Shown: positions 41,637-52,499, numbered from the stretch's first letter. The stretch is 64,000 nt of DNA from Candidatus Bathyarchaeota archaeon (GCA_963739305.1 CAVTZU010000024.1:1-64000); one strand, 5' to 3'. A program made the numbers and translations. Notes: generated by a model from the letters alone, not told the origin.

Positions 41637-42428
41637 GTGCTCAAAATCGAAGAAATCGATGATAGAAACAGAGACCGATTCATTGATCTAATCAAGTCAG
41701 ACGTGATCAAACACGTTTTCGCTTTCTATGATATTCAGAATGATCCAGCACATACCAGAATTCACGCAAGTTTCGAAAATTGCGGTCTCAGGGGATACAT
41801 CCTGACATACACAGCTACCGACGTTCCGAGCGTTATCCTCGAGTGCGAAAAAAGAATAGCCACGAAATTGACTCAATTTGCGCCTGAAAATCACTTCGTG
41901 ATGCACACGAACCCGAGTTTCCAGTCAATCATCAAAAAAAGATTCCCTTGGGCAAAAAACTATTTGGAGAATTGGATGGTTTTGGAAAAAGAGAAAGCAC
42001 ACGGCTCGGACCTGAAAAATGCAAAACGCCTTTCAACAAAAGAGGATGCCGCAGCTCTTGCCAAGCTTGTTCTTAAGAGAAAAGACCGTCCGAGACGGAG
42101 CTTAAAGAAATATCTCGAGTGGATTGCCAAAATGCCAATCTATGGAGTCTATGTCGGAAATGAACTCGCTTCTTATGCTGGTTCTTTCATTCAGCTTCCC
42201 CAAGTATGGCTTATCGGCGGAGTTTACACTGATCCGAGGCACCGAAACAGGGGGTATGCACAAATCGCCACGTCTGCAGTTACGAGAGAAGCCCTGAAAA
42301 ACGCCAGAATGGCAGCTCTTTTCGTTAGGTCAAACAACAGTCCAGCCATTAGAGTCTACGAGAAAATCGGTTACCACAAAATAGCCGAGAAACTCTGGGT
42401 GGACGTAGGCACCGGGCTGAAACCTTAG
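41637..42428 (+). CDS. GNAT-family acetyltransferase
   Basis: IGGVYTDPRHRNRGYA, NSPAIRVYEKIGY. Confidence 0.88.
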   Translation: MLKIEEIDDRNRDRFIDLIKSDVIKHVFAFYDIQNDPAHTRIHASFENCGLRGYILTYTATDVPSVILECEKRIATKLTQFAPENHFVMHTNPSFQSIIKKRFPWAKNYLENWMVLEKEKAHGSDLKNAKRLSTKEDAAALAKLVLKRKDRPRRSLKKYLEWIAKMPIYGVYVGNELASYAGSFIQLPQVWLIGGVYTDPRHRNRGYAQIATSAVTREALKNARMAALFVRSNNSPAIRVYEKIGYHKIAEKLWVDVGTGLKP

Positions 42429-43171
42429 GATTCCGTTGCTCGTTCTAGCAAATCCTTAAGTAGTTTGATTGCAGACCAAGCCGCAAGCGCGCTTGTTCCA
42501 GGGTTTTCTGGATGAGGGTCATTTTCAAAATTCAAAAGCATTTCTCCATTCTTCCAGATCACCTTGATTTCGTGAACGTTCCTGTCAATTTTGGGGTCGG
42601 AGATCACCTTCACCTTGACCTTCTTTGGACGAACAGTCAAGGCCAGAGTCGCTGCGACGTTCATTTCTCTTGGAAAAAGCCGAACGGCAGTTTCTGCGTC
42701 TCCATCGTAGACGATAGTTTCTCTGTGTCTATCGGTTTTCAACGCTTGAGGATTCTTTCTTGTCGTCAACGAGATCTCGTCGATCCCTGCCAGAGAAGCA
42801 CTTGCAATTGCGTCGATCCCTCCAATTGCGCCTGATGGGGTGTGAACCAGTCGGTTGTGCACGTCCATGTCCAAGAGGGCACCAACACTCATAACGACGA
42901 CTTCGATTTCTGCTCTCAAGATTTTGTGCAAGTACTCTTTCACGGCTTGCTGAGAGGCTGCTTCAACGATAATTGTTGGTTGATGCGCAATCATTTCATC
43001 CACACTCTCAACAACGGTAGATTGGACGCGCAGAGATCTGTGGAGACTGTCAGCTTTTTCACTGTTGTAGTCGTAGAGAATCAGTTCGTCACATTTTATT
43101 ATTTCAGTTTCCACCGCCTTTGCAATCAACGAACCAATCGCGCCGCAACCCAGAATTCCGACTTTTTTCAC
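42425..43171 (-). CDS. nadX: L-aspartate dehydrogenase
   Basis: GILGCGAIG, VEAAS, MSVGAL, PSGAIGGID, NVHEI, NPGTSALAA; start probably GTG 43171. Confidence 0.9.
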   Translation of the reverse strand: MKKVGILGCGAIGSLIAKAVETEIIKCDELILYDYNSEKADSLHRSLRVQSTVVESVDEMIAHQPTIIVEAASQQAVKEYLHKILRAEIEVVVMSVGALLDMDVHNRLVHTPSGAIGGIDAIASASLAGIDEISLTTRKNPQALKTDRHRETIVYDGDAETAVRLFPREMNVAATLALTVRPKKVKVKVISDPKIDRNVHEIKVIWKNGEMLLNFENDPHPENPGTSALAAWSAIKLLKDLLERATES

Positions 43172-43187
43172 GAGACCGCTTCCTGAT

Positions 43188-45663
43188 TTATTCATATGTG
43201 GCAACAAAACTAATGCCGAAGGGTTTGACTTCGCTTCCGCTTCCTTTTTCTGCCAGAACCTGAAAACCATTGACCTTGCAGGTTCCTCGTATGTCTTCTT
43301 TCCCCTCGTCAACTGTTCTTGCGACGTCGTCGTTTGGAGCGTAAATTCTAAGATTTTTGATGGGCGCATTCAAAGGTAGATGTTTTTCGGCTTTTTCCCT
43401 TCTGATCTCACTGATTATTGCTATCAGCAGGTCTCCGCGTTTCTCTGATTCTTCATCAATCTCGCTCTTTTTGACGAGTGGCCATTGACTGCGATGTATG
43501 CTTCTTATTAGTTCGTTCGTCCGCGTACAAGTTCTGGTAGATTTCCTCTGTAACATGAGGTATCACAGGCGCTAAGAGAAGCAGGATTCTATTGAGGACT
43601 GAGTGCAGCGTGTATTGTGCTGCGCGTTTCTTTTCTTCTCCATGTGCTTCAGGTCTGTAGAGTCGATCTTTCGCAGCTTCTAGATAGGAGTCGCAAAAGA
43701 CGTGCCAAGTGAAGTTGCGCGTTTCCTCAATGGCTGTGTTGAACTGACACTTTTCCAAGGCGTCCGTCACTTTCTCAACCAGTCTTTCGGTCTTGCTCAG
43801 TATCCACTTGTCCAAAGGCTGAAGATTATGCCGAGCTTTTTCGTCCGGAGTATAGTCGCTGAGTAGGTTGCCTACGAACCCAGATGCGTTCCAAAGTTTG
43901 ATTAGGAAACGCCATCCATACTCGACATCTGGCCAGCGGAAAGGAATATCGGACCCAGTGGCACCGCCGGCTGCCGCCCATTGCCTTATGGCATCTGCTC
44001 CGTACTTGTCCAGAACTTCCTGTGACGACACGTAGTTGCCCAGAGACTTGTGCATTTCGCGCCCGTCTGTTCCAAGAACCATTCCGTTGATCAAGCAGCT
44101 TTTGTACGGTTTCTCGTCGAAGAGGGCCAGATGCCGGACCATTAGGTAATAGGCCCAAGTGCGTATGATGTCGACTCCTGACGGGTGTAGACTGGCGGGG
44201 AAAAGTTTTCTCCAATCCTTTTTGTCTGGCCAGCCAGCATGCACGGCGCAGGTTATCGATGAATCGAACCACGTGTCCAGTACGTCTCTTTCTGGCTTGA
44301 ACTCTTTGCCTCCGCACTTTGGGCATTTGCTGATTCGGGGCTGGTCCAAGCGGGGGTCGATTGGAACCCAAGTTGTTTCTGCTAGGATTATTTCTCCGCA
44401 CGCCTTGCAGTACCAAATTGGAATCGGCGTCGCAAACACCCTTTGGCGGGATATCACCCAGTCCCACTCAAGTGATTTTGCCCAGTCAATTAGTCGATGT
44501 TTCATATAGTCGGGATACCACGTGATTTCAAGCGCGTTCTTTTCCACCTTGTCAGTTAGGATGCGGGTTTTCATGAACCATTGTTCTCTTTCGAGTATCT
44601 CGATAGGCGTCCTGCATCTCCAGCATACGCTGACTTCTTGCTTCAGTTTGTCGGTTTTTGCTAGCAATTCTCCAGTCTCTAGATCCGTGACGATAGCTTT
44701 CTTCGCGTCGCCTGTTCGCATTCCAACGTATTTTCCAGCGGCGTTAGTCATCGTTCCTTTCTCGTCTATGCACATTATTACGGGCAAGCGGTGTTTCATA
44801 ACTGTCTTCACGTCTGCTTTGTCACCGTATGTGCAGATCATCACGACGCCTGTCCCGAAATTCTGGTCAACCATCTCGTCGCTGATGATCTTGACTGCTC
44901 TGATGGTCGTCGGTATCTTGATCATCTTGCCTAAGTACTTCTTGTATCGTTCATCTTCAGGATTGACTGCTACTGTTACGCAGGCGGGAATCAATTCAGG
45001 TCTGGTAGTTGCAATTTCGAGAAAACCACCGTCCTCAAGCTCAAACCTGACATAGTACAGTGCCGCGTTTCTATCCTCGTAAATGACTTCTGCATCGGCG
45101 ATGGCTGTCTCACATCGGGGACACCAGTTCACGGGATGGGTTCCGCGGTAGATGAAATCTTTGTTGTAGAGAAGAATGAAGGAAAGTTGAGTGCGTCTCC
45201 AGTAGTCTGGGTCCATTGTCTTGTATTCGGTTGTCCAATCCATCGAGTAGCCGAGACGAACCATGGAATCCTTCATCGCGACTATGTACTTGTTGACCAG
45301 TTCCTCGCAGAGCTTCCGAAATTTGTCAGGCGGGATGTCCGTTTTCTTGATCTTGGCCTTCTTTTCAACTTCGACTTCCACTGGCAATCCATGACAGTCC
45401 CAGCCTTGGGGAAAATGAACGTTGAAGCCCCTCATCCGCTTGTACCTTGCAACGATGTCAAAATAGGTCCAGTTGAGAACGGTGCCCATGTGAAATTCGC
45501 CAGAAGGGTACGGCGGCGGCGTGTCGATCGTAAATTTGGGGCTCTTGTTGTCGTTCCAGTCAAACCGGTAAGTGCCATTTTCCTCCCATTTCTTCTGCCA
45601 CTCCTTCTCGACCGCCTGAATGTCTAGTTTCTTAGGCAGTTGCTTCATCGTTCCAGACAACAC
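43188..45663 (-). CDS. valS: Valyl-tRNA synthetase, frameshift near 43510 (probable sequencing error)
   Basis: IDTPPPYPSG..HMG, GWDCHGLP, WVISRQR, LDTWFDSS, EMHKS; C-terminus continues in ORF 43188-43556. Confidence 0.93.
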
Positions 45664-45972
45664 CCTAACGTAAATTCTAGGTTATGTCTACAAAAAGTAA
45701 TTATTCGCATAAAAAAGCCTTCTGGAAGCGACTCCAACCTAATTTCCCTTTTTTCTTAAGTTTATGGAGACCATCATAATAGAGTCATGCGCCACACGTT
45801 TTAACGCAACTCCTCTAAAGACGGTATGTGTTTCACAAAATGGAAATGCACGCATGAAAATGAAGACATAAAGCATATATGGAACAAGTCTTGCGAAAAA
45901 TTTAAAGCGTTGTTTAAGCCAGTTTAGAATCCTTTGACGATTTGGAATTTGTGGAAGCAGGGAACGTGAAGA

Positions 45973-46641
45973 ATGGCAGCCAGCTTTGTTTGGGCTTATG
46001 GCAAAAAGGTCGTTAGTTGGGTCTTAATTTTCAATGGCCTCCTAAGCATAGTGCTTGCCTTGGGACTTTTGATCGGCTTCTACGCGGCGCACTGGAGACT
46101 TTACCAGCCATATCTTTTGAATGCGAATCTTTTGTGGGCGGCAATTCTAACCTCGATAACGAACTTTTTTCCAACAGCAAAATTTGGAAACGTGAAAGTC
46201 CGCAGGATAAGGTTTCATCACTTCGTCTACGGATTCGCGATCTTATCAGCATCGGCCATATTAATGATTTTGATGCCCGTTTCTCTCCTTAGCCTGTTCA
46301 ATTTGAACATAACCAGCGTGGATTTTAATGTTGAACGGGTCTTTGTCTTGGTTGGCTTAACCCTGATAATAGACGATTTCGCCGACATCTCAAACATAAC
46401 GATGACGGGACTTCGCTTCGCGAAATCAAAGGCTTATGAAAAACGAAGAACAATCCATGCAGTCCAATGCCTCTTATTCTGCGTAACCTTCTTCGTTCTC
46501 CTTTGCATCACCGTCTGGCTGGTACAAAATCCAAAAGGACTAATCCTTAGGAACTTGGCAGTAGAGGGCAGTTTGTTGGTTACCAGCCTAACAAGCTTCG
46601 CAAGCGCACTTAGGAAGGTATGGCTGAAAATCACGCCATAA
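45973..46641 (+). CDS. Multi-pass membrane protein
   Basis: About six hydrophobic segments; RFHHFVYG motif. Confidence 0.7.
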   Translation: MAASFVWAYGKKVVSWVLIFNGLLSIVLALGLLIGFYAAHWRLYQPYLLNANLLWAAILTSITNFFPTAKFGNVKVRRIRFHHFVYGFAILSASAILMILMPVSLLSLFNLNITSVDFNVERVFVLVGLTLIIDDFADISNITMTGLRFAKSKAYEKRRTIHAVQCLLFCVTFFVLLCITVWLVQNPKGLILRNLAVEGSLLVTSLTSFASALRKVWLKITP

Positions 46642-46797
46642 CCGGCTGGAACAGACGAGGAGAAAGCACGCTAGATTATTGGAATGGCTTCCTTAGCAAT
46701 TTCTGTTGAATGTTCACAATGTCGTTTGTTGTTTCAGGAGTTGGCGCGCTCTTATGTCATCCAGAAGCCTTATTTACGCATGGATAACAATTACCCT

Positions 46798-46901
46798 CAT
46801 AGGTTTAAGGGGAGCTGGGCCGTGACCTGGCTGAGAGGACGGTTGAACACCGTCGACCCATAGAACCTGATCCAGATAATACTGGCGGAGGGAAAACTGT
46901 G
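46798..46901 (+). promoter_or_regulatory. TPP (thi-box) riboswitch
   Basis: GGGGAGC..GCTGAGAG..GACCC.TAGAACCTGATCCAGATAATACTGGCGGAGGGAA contains the conserved TPP aptamer motifs; directly upstream of thiT. Confidence 0.93.
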
Positions 46902-47441
46902 AATCAAGACACTGATACGACTAAAAAACGTCTTTTTCCAACCCATCTACTTGCAGAGACAATAGTGTTGGTAGCCCTAGCGGGAGCGCTCAGCGTCGTT
47001 AGCCATTTTTTCTTCAGTCTTCCTCAAGGTGGATCCATTAATATCGGTATGGTTCCTGTCCTTTGGCTGGCTCTCAGGAGAGGGCCAAAGATAGGGATCT
47101 TTGCAGGCGCAGTTTTCGGTTTAGTTGACCTTGCAATTGAACCGTTTGTCGTTCACCCTATACAGTTTATCTTGGATTATCCGTTAGCGTTCGCGGCCCT
47201 TGGTCTCGCAGGATTCTTTCGAAAACTCCCGGTCATAGGTGTCATCGTAGCAGTGACTGGTCGCTTCCTGTGCCACTTCACTTCGGGCGTGGTCTATTTC
47301 CCCAGCTACGCGCCGGAAGGGATGAGCGTCATTGTCTATTCAGCAATCTACAACGGAATATATATGGTGCCAAGCATGATAGTATGCGCAATAGTAATCG
47401 GCTTGCTGCAGAAAAGCAAAGCCATTAACATTTACCTGTGA
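46899..47441 (+). CDS. thiT: Energy-coupled thiamine transporter S-component ThiT
   Basis: LPQGGSI, LRRG, HPIQFILDYPLAF, RFLCHFTSGVVYF..YAPEG, YSAIYN. Confidence 0.9.
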   Translation: MNQDTDTTKKRLFPTHLLAETIVLVALAGALSVVSHFFFSLPQGGSINIGMVPVLWLALRRGPKIGIFAGAVFGLVDLAIEPFVVHPIQFILDYPLAFAALGLAGFFRKLPVIGVIVAVTGRFLCHFTSGVVYFPSYAPEGMSVIVYSAIYNGIYMVPSMIVCAIVIGLLQKSKAINIYL

Positions 47442-47457
47442 GGATCCTAAAGGAACC

Positions 47458-48462
47458 ATGGGAAAACTGCGAAATGAAGAACTCGCGGAGATGCTGAGAT
47501 GCATCAGACACACTCCAAGAGTGATAGTCCCGCCGTTGCCCGGTTTTGACTCCGGTGTCCATGAAATCGATAGCCACAGACTTTTGGTCATCTCGACAGA
47601 TCCATGCATCGGTGTTCCCGACGAGTGGTTCGGCTGGCTCTTGATTAATTACGCGGCCTCTGATGTTGCACTCTTTGGCGCCAAGCCCCAGTACTGTTCA
47701 GTCAACCTTCTGGGACCTCTGGGCACTAAGGGGCAAACGTTCCAGAAAGCCATGAGACAAGCCTGCACGGCCGCAGACGAACACGGTTTGACTATTATTA
47801 CAGGTCACACAGGGTCCTACAGAGGGTTGACTACCATGGTGGGCGTGTGCACGGCCTACGGCATCATCAATCGAAACGAGCTGATTACTCCGGCGGGTGC
47901 CAAGCCTGGTGACCTCATATTATGCACTAAGCCCATAGGGCTGGAGTTGGCTGTCAACTTCGCGCTAGCTCAAAGAAAGGTTGCAGAGGAGATTTTCGGG
48001 ACAAGAAGAGCGTGTGAATTGAGGGGACTCGTCAAGATGCAGAGCTGCGTGAATGAAGCATTGTTACTTGCGGGAACGGGTTTTGTGCACGCCATGCATG
48101 ACGCCACCGAGGGTGGATTGACGGCCGCTATTAACGAAATGGCTGAAGCTTCTCAGGTAGGCTTCACTGTAGAATTTGAAAAAATACCGTTCGTAAGAGA
48201 GTCCAAGGCGTTGAAGGATCATTTCCGACTGTCAGACACTCAATTGCTTTCGATGTCTTCGACAGGTGCCGTTCTAGTGGCCGTCGGTTCCAAATCACTA
48301 GGGTCCGTTGAGAAAACGCTTAGACGTAACGGGATAAATCCGGCGGTCATAGGCGTTTTTTCGGAAGACCGAAAACGGCGCATCGTCAAACATGGAAAAA
48401 AGAGACAGTTTCCAAAAGCAGGGCAGGATCCCTACGAAAGAATTCTCTCAGGGCAGCTGTAG
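47458..48462 (+). CDS. AIR-synthase (PurM/HypE/ThiL) family protein
   Basis: MGKL, STDP, ASDVALFGAKP, TGHT, GAKPGDLI, AMHDATEGG. Confidence 0.85.
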   Translation: MGKLRNEELAEMLRCIRHTPRVIVPPLPGFDSGVHEIDSHRLLVISTDPCIGVPDEWFGWLLINYAASDVALFGAKPQYCSVNLLGPLGTKGQTFQKAMRQACTAADEHGLTIITGHTGSYRGLTTMVGVCTAYGIINRNELITPAGAKPGDLILCTKPIGLELAVNFALAQRKVAEEIFGTRRACELRGLVKMQSCVNEALLLAGTGFVHAMHDATEGGLTAAINEMAEASQVGFTVEFEKIPFVRESKALKDHFRLSDTQLLSMSSTGAVLVAVGSKSLGSVEKTLRRNGINPAVIGVFSEDRKRRIVKHGKKRQFPKAGQDPYERILSGQL

Positions 48463-49220
48463 ATGTTCATGTGATTTCTCCTCACGAATCCAATCAGCGT
48501 GAGATTGGTTTTCTTTGCAAGCATAATGCCCGAGTCTATTGCGGCAGCGATGGAGGCAACGATAGGTACTTGTATTCTTGCGGATTTTGCCACGATGTCA
48601 CCCGTCAATCTTCCAGTCAAGGTTAGTAGACAGTTTGCTGGGTCGTTTTTTCGCAGCACCATGATGCCCAAAGCCTTGTCGACCGCGTTGTGACGGCCGA
48701 CATCCTCGGCGAACGACAGACGGGTTCCATCAGCCTTGAAAACGGCGGCAGCGTGCACTCCTCCAGTTCTCTTGAAGATTTCTCCACCGGAATTCAGCTG
48801 ATTGACACAGCTGAGAACCATATCAGCCTTGACCGCCGAGCCTTGTTTGATTTTCGGAAACCTGCGCAAGGGCTTGAAAGATCCCTTGTGTCCGCAGGCA
48901 GAAAGAATGACGCGTTCATAGTGTTTTCGAAGCCGCAGCCTTTTGTCCAAGTCGAAACTCGAAATAAACTTGATGCGACAGACATCTGCTTCGATTGCTA
49001 CTTTCTCAACTTCATTGACTGTCTCAATGATTCCTTCAGTGAGTAGGTGTCCAACTGCGAGTTCTTTCAAATTTGAGGGGGTACAGAAAATCGTGGCGTA
49101 GAACCTTCTATTCAAGAAAAAGTCAAGAGATTTTTCCTCGGCGACGCAGTCTTCGAATGTAACCCTCTTCTTATTAGGCACGTCAATTCGCTGGATTTTG
49201 ACTTTCTGCATCTTTGTCAC
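48432..49220 (-). CDS. fdhD: Formate dehydrogenase accessory sulfurtransferase FdhD
   Basis: ELAVGHLLTEG, TGGVHAAA, EDVGRHNAVDK, LIGFVR. Confidence 0.92.
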   Translation of the reverse strand: MTKMQKVKIQRIDVPNKKRVTFEDCVAEEKSLDFFLNRRFYATIFCTPSNLKELAVGHLLTEGIIETVNEVEKVAIEADVCRIKFISSFDLDKRLRLRKHYERVILSACGHKGSFKPLRRFPKIKQGSAVKADMVLSCVNQLNSGGEIFKRTGGVHAAAVFKADGTRLSFAEDVGRHNAVDKALGIMVLRKNDPANCLLTLTGRLTGDIVAKSARIQVPIVASIAAAIDSGIMLAKKTNLTLIGFVRRNHMNIYSCPERILS

Positions 49221-50092
49221 TTTCTTATGTCCGACAGGACAAAGTCAACGATTTCATCCGCGATGTTGACGTTGGCGACTGTCTGCAGCCCCCGCCATCC
49301 TGGCTGACTATTTACTTCAACCACGACGGGGCCGGCCGGACTCTCCAGTATATCTACGCCGCCCACTTTGCAGTCTATGGACCGTGCGGATTTTACCGCG
49401 AGATCTTCTAGAGGTTTTTCAAGTTGTATTGCTTGAGGCGTGGCTCCTTGGCTGTAGTTGGTCTTCCAATTGTTGGCAACGCGTTTCATGGCGGCGATGA
49501 CCCTGTTACCGACGACGAATGCGCGGACGTCGGAGACGCCGTGGCTTACAAATTCTTGAAGATAAATTACTCCGTGGTAGAGGGTAATTGCGCGGAAGAC
49601 AGTTGTTGCAACCTCGGGATCATTGATTCTCGTTGCGCCTACGCCCCTGGAGCCGAACAACGGTTTAATTACGACATCTCCGCCAAGTTCCTTGAACGCT
49701 TTTAATGCTTCATTTACGTTCTCCGTGGTTGCCGTTTTGGGTATTGGTATACCGTTTTCCTCAAGAATCGTCAGGATATCGTACTTGTCGACGCAGTGTT
49801 CAATCGCTTCAGGCGGGTTTATGACGTACGTGCCTGCACGCTGAAGCCGGTACAATACATCCATTCTGAAGACCAGTTCTTCAAGAGAACCGCGCCCGAT
49901 CGGCCGGATTATCAGCGCGTCCAAACTGCGGATGTCAAGATTTCCGACCGAGACTTTGAGGTTGCGTCCGACGTGCGCAACTAGTCTTGGAAAGTTGAAG
50001 CAGACGCTTGATACGTTGCGCCTTTTCAGGGCCTCGAATAGTTGGAATGAACTGTAAGCTTTTCTGTTTCTCGTTACGATGGCGATCCTCAA
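49217..50092 (-). CDS. RimK-family ATP-grasp ligase (probable H4MPT:alpha-L-glutamate ligase, MptN-like)
   Basis: RPIGRGSLEELVFRMD, CVDK, KPLFGSRG, WKTNYSQGA, EVNSQPGW; close to mch. Confidence 0.8.
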   Translation of the reverse strand: MRIAIVTRNRKAYSSFQLFEALKRRNVSSVCFNFPRLVAHVGRNLKVSVGNLDIRSLDALIIRPIGRGSLEELVFRMDVLYRLQRAGTYVINPPEAIEHCVDKYDILTILEENGIPIPKTATTENVNEALKAFKELGGDVVIKPLFGSRGVGATRINDPEVATTVFRAITLYHGVIYLQEFVSHGVSDVRAFVVGNRVIAAMKRVANNWKTNYSQGATPQAIQLEKPLEDLAVKSARSIDCKVGGVDILESPAGPVVVEVNSQPGWRGLQTVANVNIADEIVDFVLSDIRK

Positions 50093-50169
50093 GAAAGAGA
50101 CGCTCCCGGTTTTGATGTGTGAGAAATGCTATGCGTAGCGTTCTTAAAGTTTCCGTGACGATTTGATAG

Positions 50170-51105
50170 TCAGAATTGGCGAATGTAAGGAAGCAGATGG
50201 TTAGCCGTTGGATATTCATTGGACAGACTTATGTCCAAGTAAGCCCCGTGCAGGTTGCAGTATGGTTCTCCCTTTCTTGAGAATAACGTGAGGATTCTTC
50301 CGTCATGGCTGATCTGGAACCCTTCGCTGCATGGTTCATGCCCTCTTATCAATATCCTTACGCCAAGAGCATCAAGGACCTTTTGAGTCACATCCTTTCC
50401 GAATAGTCTTCCGGCTCCTCTTGGAGACGGGAAGACGCCTGAGCGCGCTTCCAAGGGGTCGCTCCATAACATGTCTTCAAAAAACGTTGCTTTTGGATGA
50501 GTCTCGTGGGCGTAAGCGAAGTCATCCAAAGTGCGAGCCCCCTGAGGGAGACCTCCATGCACGATCAAATACCGTCTTTCTACCGATGCTGAATTGTAGA
50601 GATACTGAAAAAGCCTTATCGTTTCTTCATAGGCCTCATGCCATTTCTTTCCGAACTTAGTTTCGAATTGCATTGGCAAGTCATGTGGAGATGCAAGCAA
50701 TTCTTTTGGACCCTCGTGGTTTCCCCGCATTAAAACGATCTGCTTCGGGTATAGAAGCTTCAGCTTGAGAATGATGTAGTAAACTTCTGCGGAAAATTCT
50801 CCTCGATCGCCGTAATCTCCCAAGAAAATCAAACATTTTGACTCGTCTTCTTTCATTCTGTGAATGATGTTGCTGTGGCTAAGGATTTGAATGAGGCTTT
50901 CGAGGTCTCCATGTATGTCCGAGACTATTACCGCTTGACCTTTTGGGTTGATTTCGACGTGTCTGCCGAAAATTCGAAAGTTGCCGAGTCTTCCGTTTTC
51001 CATTTTGAGCACTTGCCCCGCTTGTTGAATCAGTTCAACGAAGGAGTCGGCGCTAGTCTCCATTGCTTCTCTGACAATTTGCGCGAAATCGTTCTGCAAA
51101 AACAA
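50170..51105 (-). CDS. PPP-family Ser/Thr protein phosphatase
   Basis: SDIHGD, GDYGDRG, RGNHE, HGG, LWSDP, SPRGAG, IRGHE. Confidence 0.92.
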   Translation of the reverse strand: MFLQNDFAQIVREAMETSADSFVELIQQAGQVLKMENGRLGNFRIFGRHVEINPKGQAVIVSDIHGDLESLIQILSHSNIIHRMKEDESKCLIFLGDYGDRGEFSAEVYYIILKLKLLYPKQIVLMRGNHEGPKELLASPHDLPMQFETKFGKKWHEAYEETIRLFQYLYNSASVERRYLIVHGGLPQGARTLDDFAYAHETHPKATFFEDMLWSDPLEARSGVFPSPRGAGRLFGKDVTQKVLDALGVRILIRGHEPCSEGFQISHDGRILTLFSRKGEPYCNLHGAYLDISLSNEYPTANHLLPYIRQF

Positions 51106-51116
51106 GTATCCTCTGT

Positions 51117-52364
51117 TTACGTGACCGTTATCTTCTTGTCCATGAAGCTCAAGACGTTTTTCTCTATTTCCCTTTTCACGTTGCGTATCTTTTCGGCTAT
51201 TTCCTTGCAGTTTCTGCTGGTTGTGATCTCTTCGGTTTCGAGGACTCCTCTCTTTCTTGTCAAGTTTTCTGAGTGTTCACAGAGCTTAGTCAGGTCTTTC
51301 TGTGTTGCTGCCACTTCTTCCGACTTCGAGAGTTGCGTTTTTCGAGTCATTGCATCCTTGCACTGCTTGTGCAGCGTGGCGAGTGAGTCGCTGTTGATGA
51401 TGTTATTGATGGCCTGCTCGGCTTTGCGGGCTTTTTCAGGTTTCAGTTTCAACTTGTCTTCAACAATGTTTCGGTGCAGTTTTTCGAATATTTGTTTTAG
51501 CAGGGGGTAGCCTGTCTCCTCTGTAGATAATGCTTCGAAGGGGTTTTCTAGGTATTGTGCAAGTTTTGTGTATTCTTCGGGGGTTAAGCCGCTTCCTGAA
51601 CCGTGGGTGGCTAGAGCCTGAAGTTTGATGAATGGTTTCTGGAGGTATTGCAGTCTGTGCTTTACTTCTGCAGCCAATGTTTCTATTTCGTTTCCGGTTT
51701 GACTCAGTTGACCTATCTCGCCCATCGTTTTCAGGTCTACGATTCTATTTGCTGTCTCAGCAATCGCCTTTTGGATAGTGGATATCTCGTTTTCAACTCC
51801 TAGTTTAGCCGTGCTGAGTTCTGCGAGCTGTCTTTCGAGTGTCGAAAGCTCGTCGATAAGTTGGTAGGTCTCTTCAAGAGTCTTTGTTTTCACGTATTCT
51901 TTGGTCTGAAAGTTTTCCAAGTCTCTTTGAACGAGTTTTGCTTTTTCGAAGACTGCTTGGAACTTTCGCCTGTCCAGTATAAAGAACGGTGAGATTCGAG
52001 GGAAATACACTCTGATGTCCATGTCGATGAGTGTGAACGCTTTCTGCGTTTCCTGAACTAGCGTAGAAAAGTTTTCGTAGGTTACTTTTTCAGGGGTGTT
52101 GAGCTGACGTATCCTGTCGGTCCAGAGTTTGGCGAGTTTGTTGAGGGCTCTCGCGCGCTTGTATGTCTTCATATTTCTCTTGTCGATTTCTTTCCCGCTG
52201 TTGTCCAATAGCATCTTGGATGTTTCGGCGAGGTTGTTGATGGATTTGCCCATTTCCTCGACTTGCTTCTTAGCTTTCGTGTGGATCGGGTTGAACAACG
52301 AGCCTGTCTCGCGTTCTAGCCAAACCTTGACTTCCTTGGAGGAGAACTTCTGGGGTTCGGACAA
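51117..52364 (-). CDS. Hypothetical coiled-coil protein
   Basis: 415-aa K/E-rich helical ORF, 11 bp upstream of the phosphatase. Confidence 0.75.
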   Translation of the reverse strand: MSEPQKFSSKEVKVWLERETGSLFNPIHTKAKKQVEEMGKSINNLAETSKMLLDNSGKEIDKRNMKTYKRARALNKLAKLWTDRIRQLNTPEKVTYENFSTLVQETQKAFTLIDMDIRVYFPRISPFFILDRRKFQAVFEKAKLVQRDLENFQTKEYVKTKTLEETYQLIDELSTLERQLAELSTAKLGVENEISTIQKAIAETANRIVDLKTMGEIGQLSQTGNEIETLAAEVKHRLQYLQKPFIKLQALATHGSGSGLTPEEYTKLAQYLENPFEALSTEETGYPLLKQIFEKLHRNIVEDKLKLKPEKARKAEQAINNIINSDSLATLHKQCKDAMTRKTQLSKSEEVAATQKDLTKLCEHSENLTRKRGVLETEEITTSRNCKEIAEKIRNVKREIEKNVLSFMDKKITVT

Positions 52365-52499
52365 GCTTTTTTCCCACTAGCTGTTATACGTCTGCAATAT
52401 TTATGCTTCGAGCTTGCAGAGGGGAACGCATCCTTGAGTAGCTACTCTTAAATAATGACCGAGCTGTATCATCGATAACTTGGTTCAGGTGAAGAAGAG

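Noticed and set aside
43172-43369. Long N-terminal extension of nadX in the ORF track
   Set aside because: Overlaps the valS C-terminus; the Rossmann motif begins right after GTG 43171.
43456-43556. Programmed frameshift in valS
   Set aside because: No slippery heptamer evident, and indels are widespread in the window.
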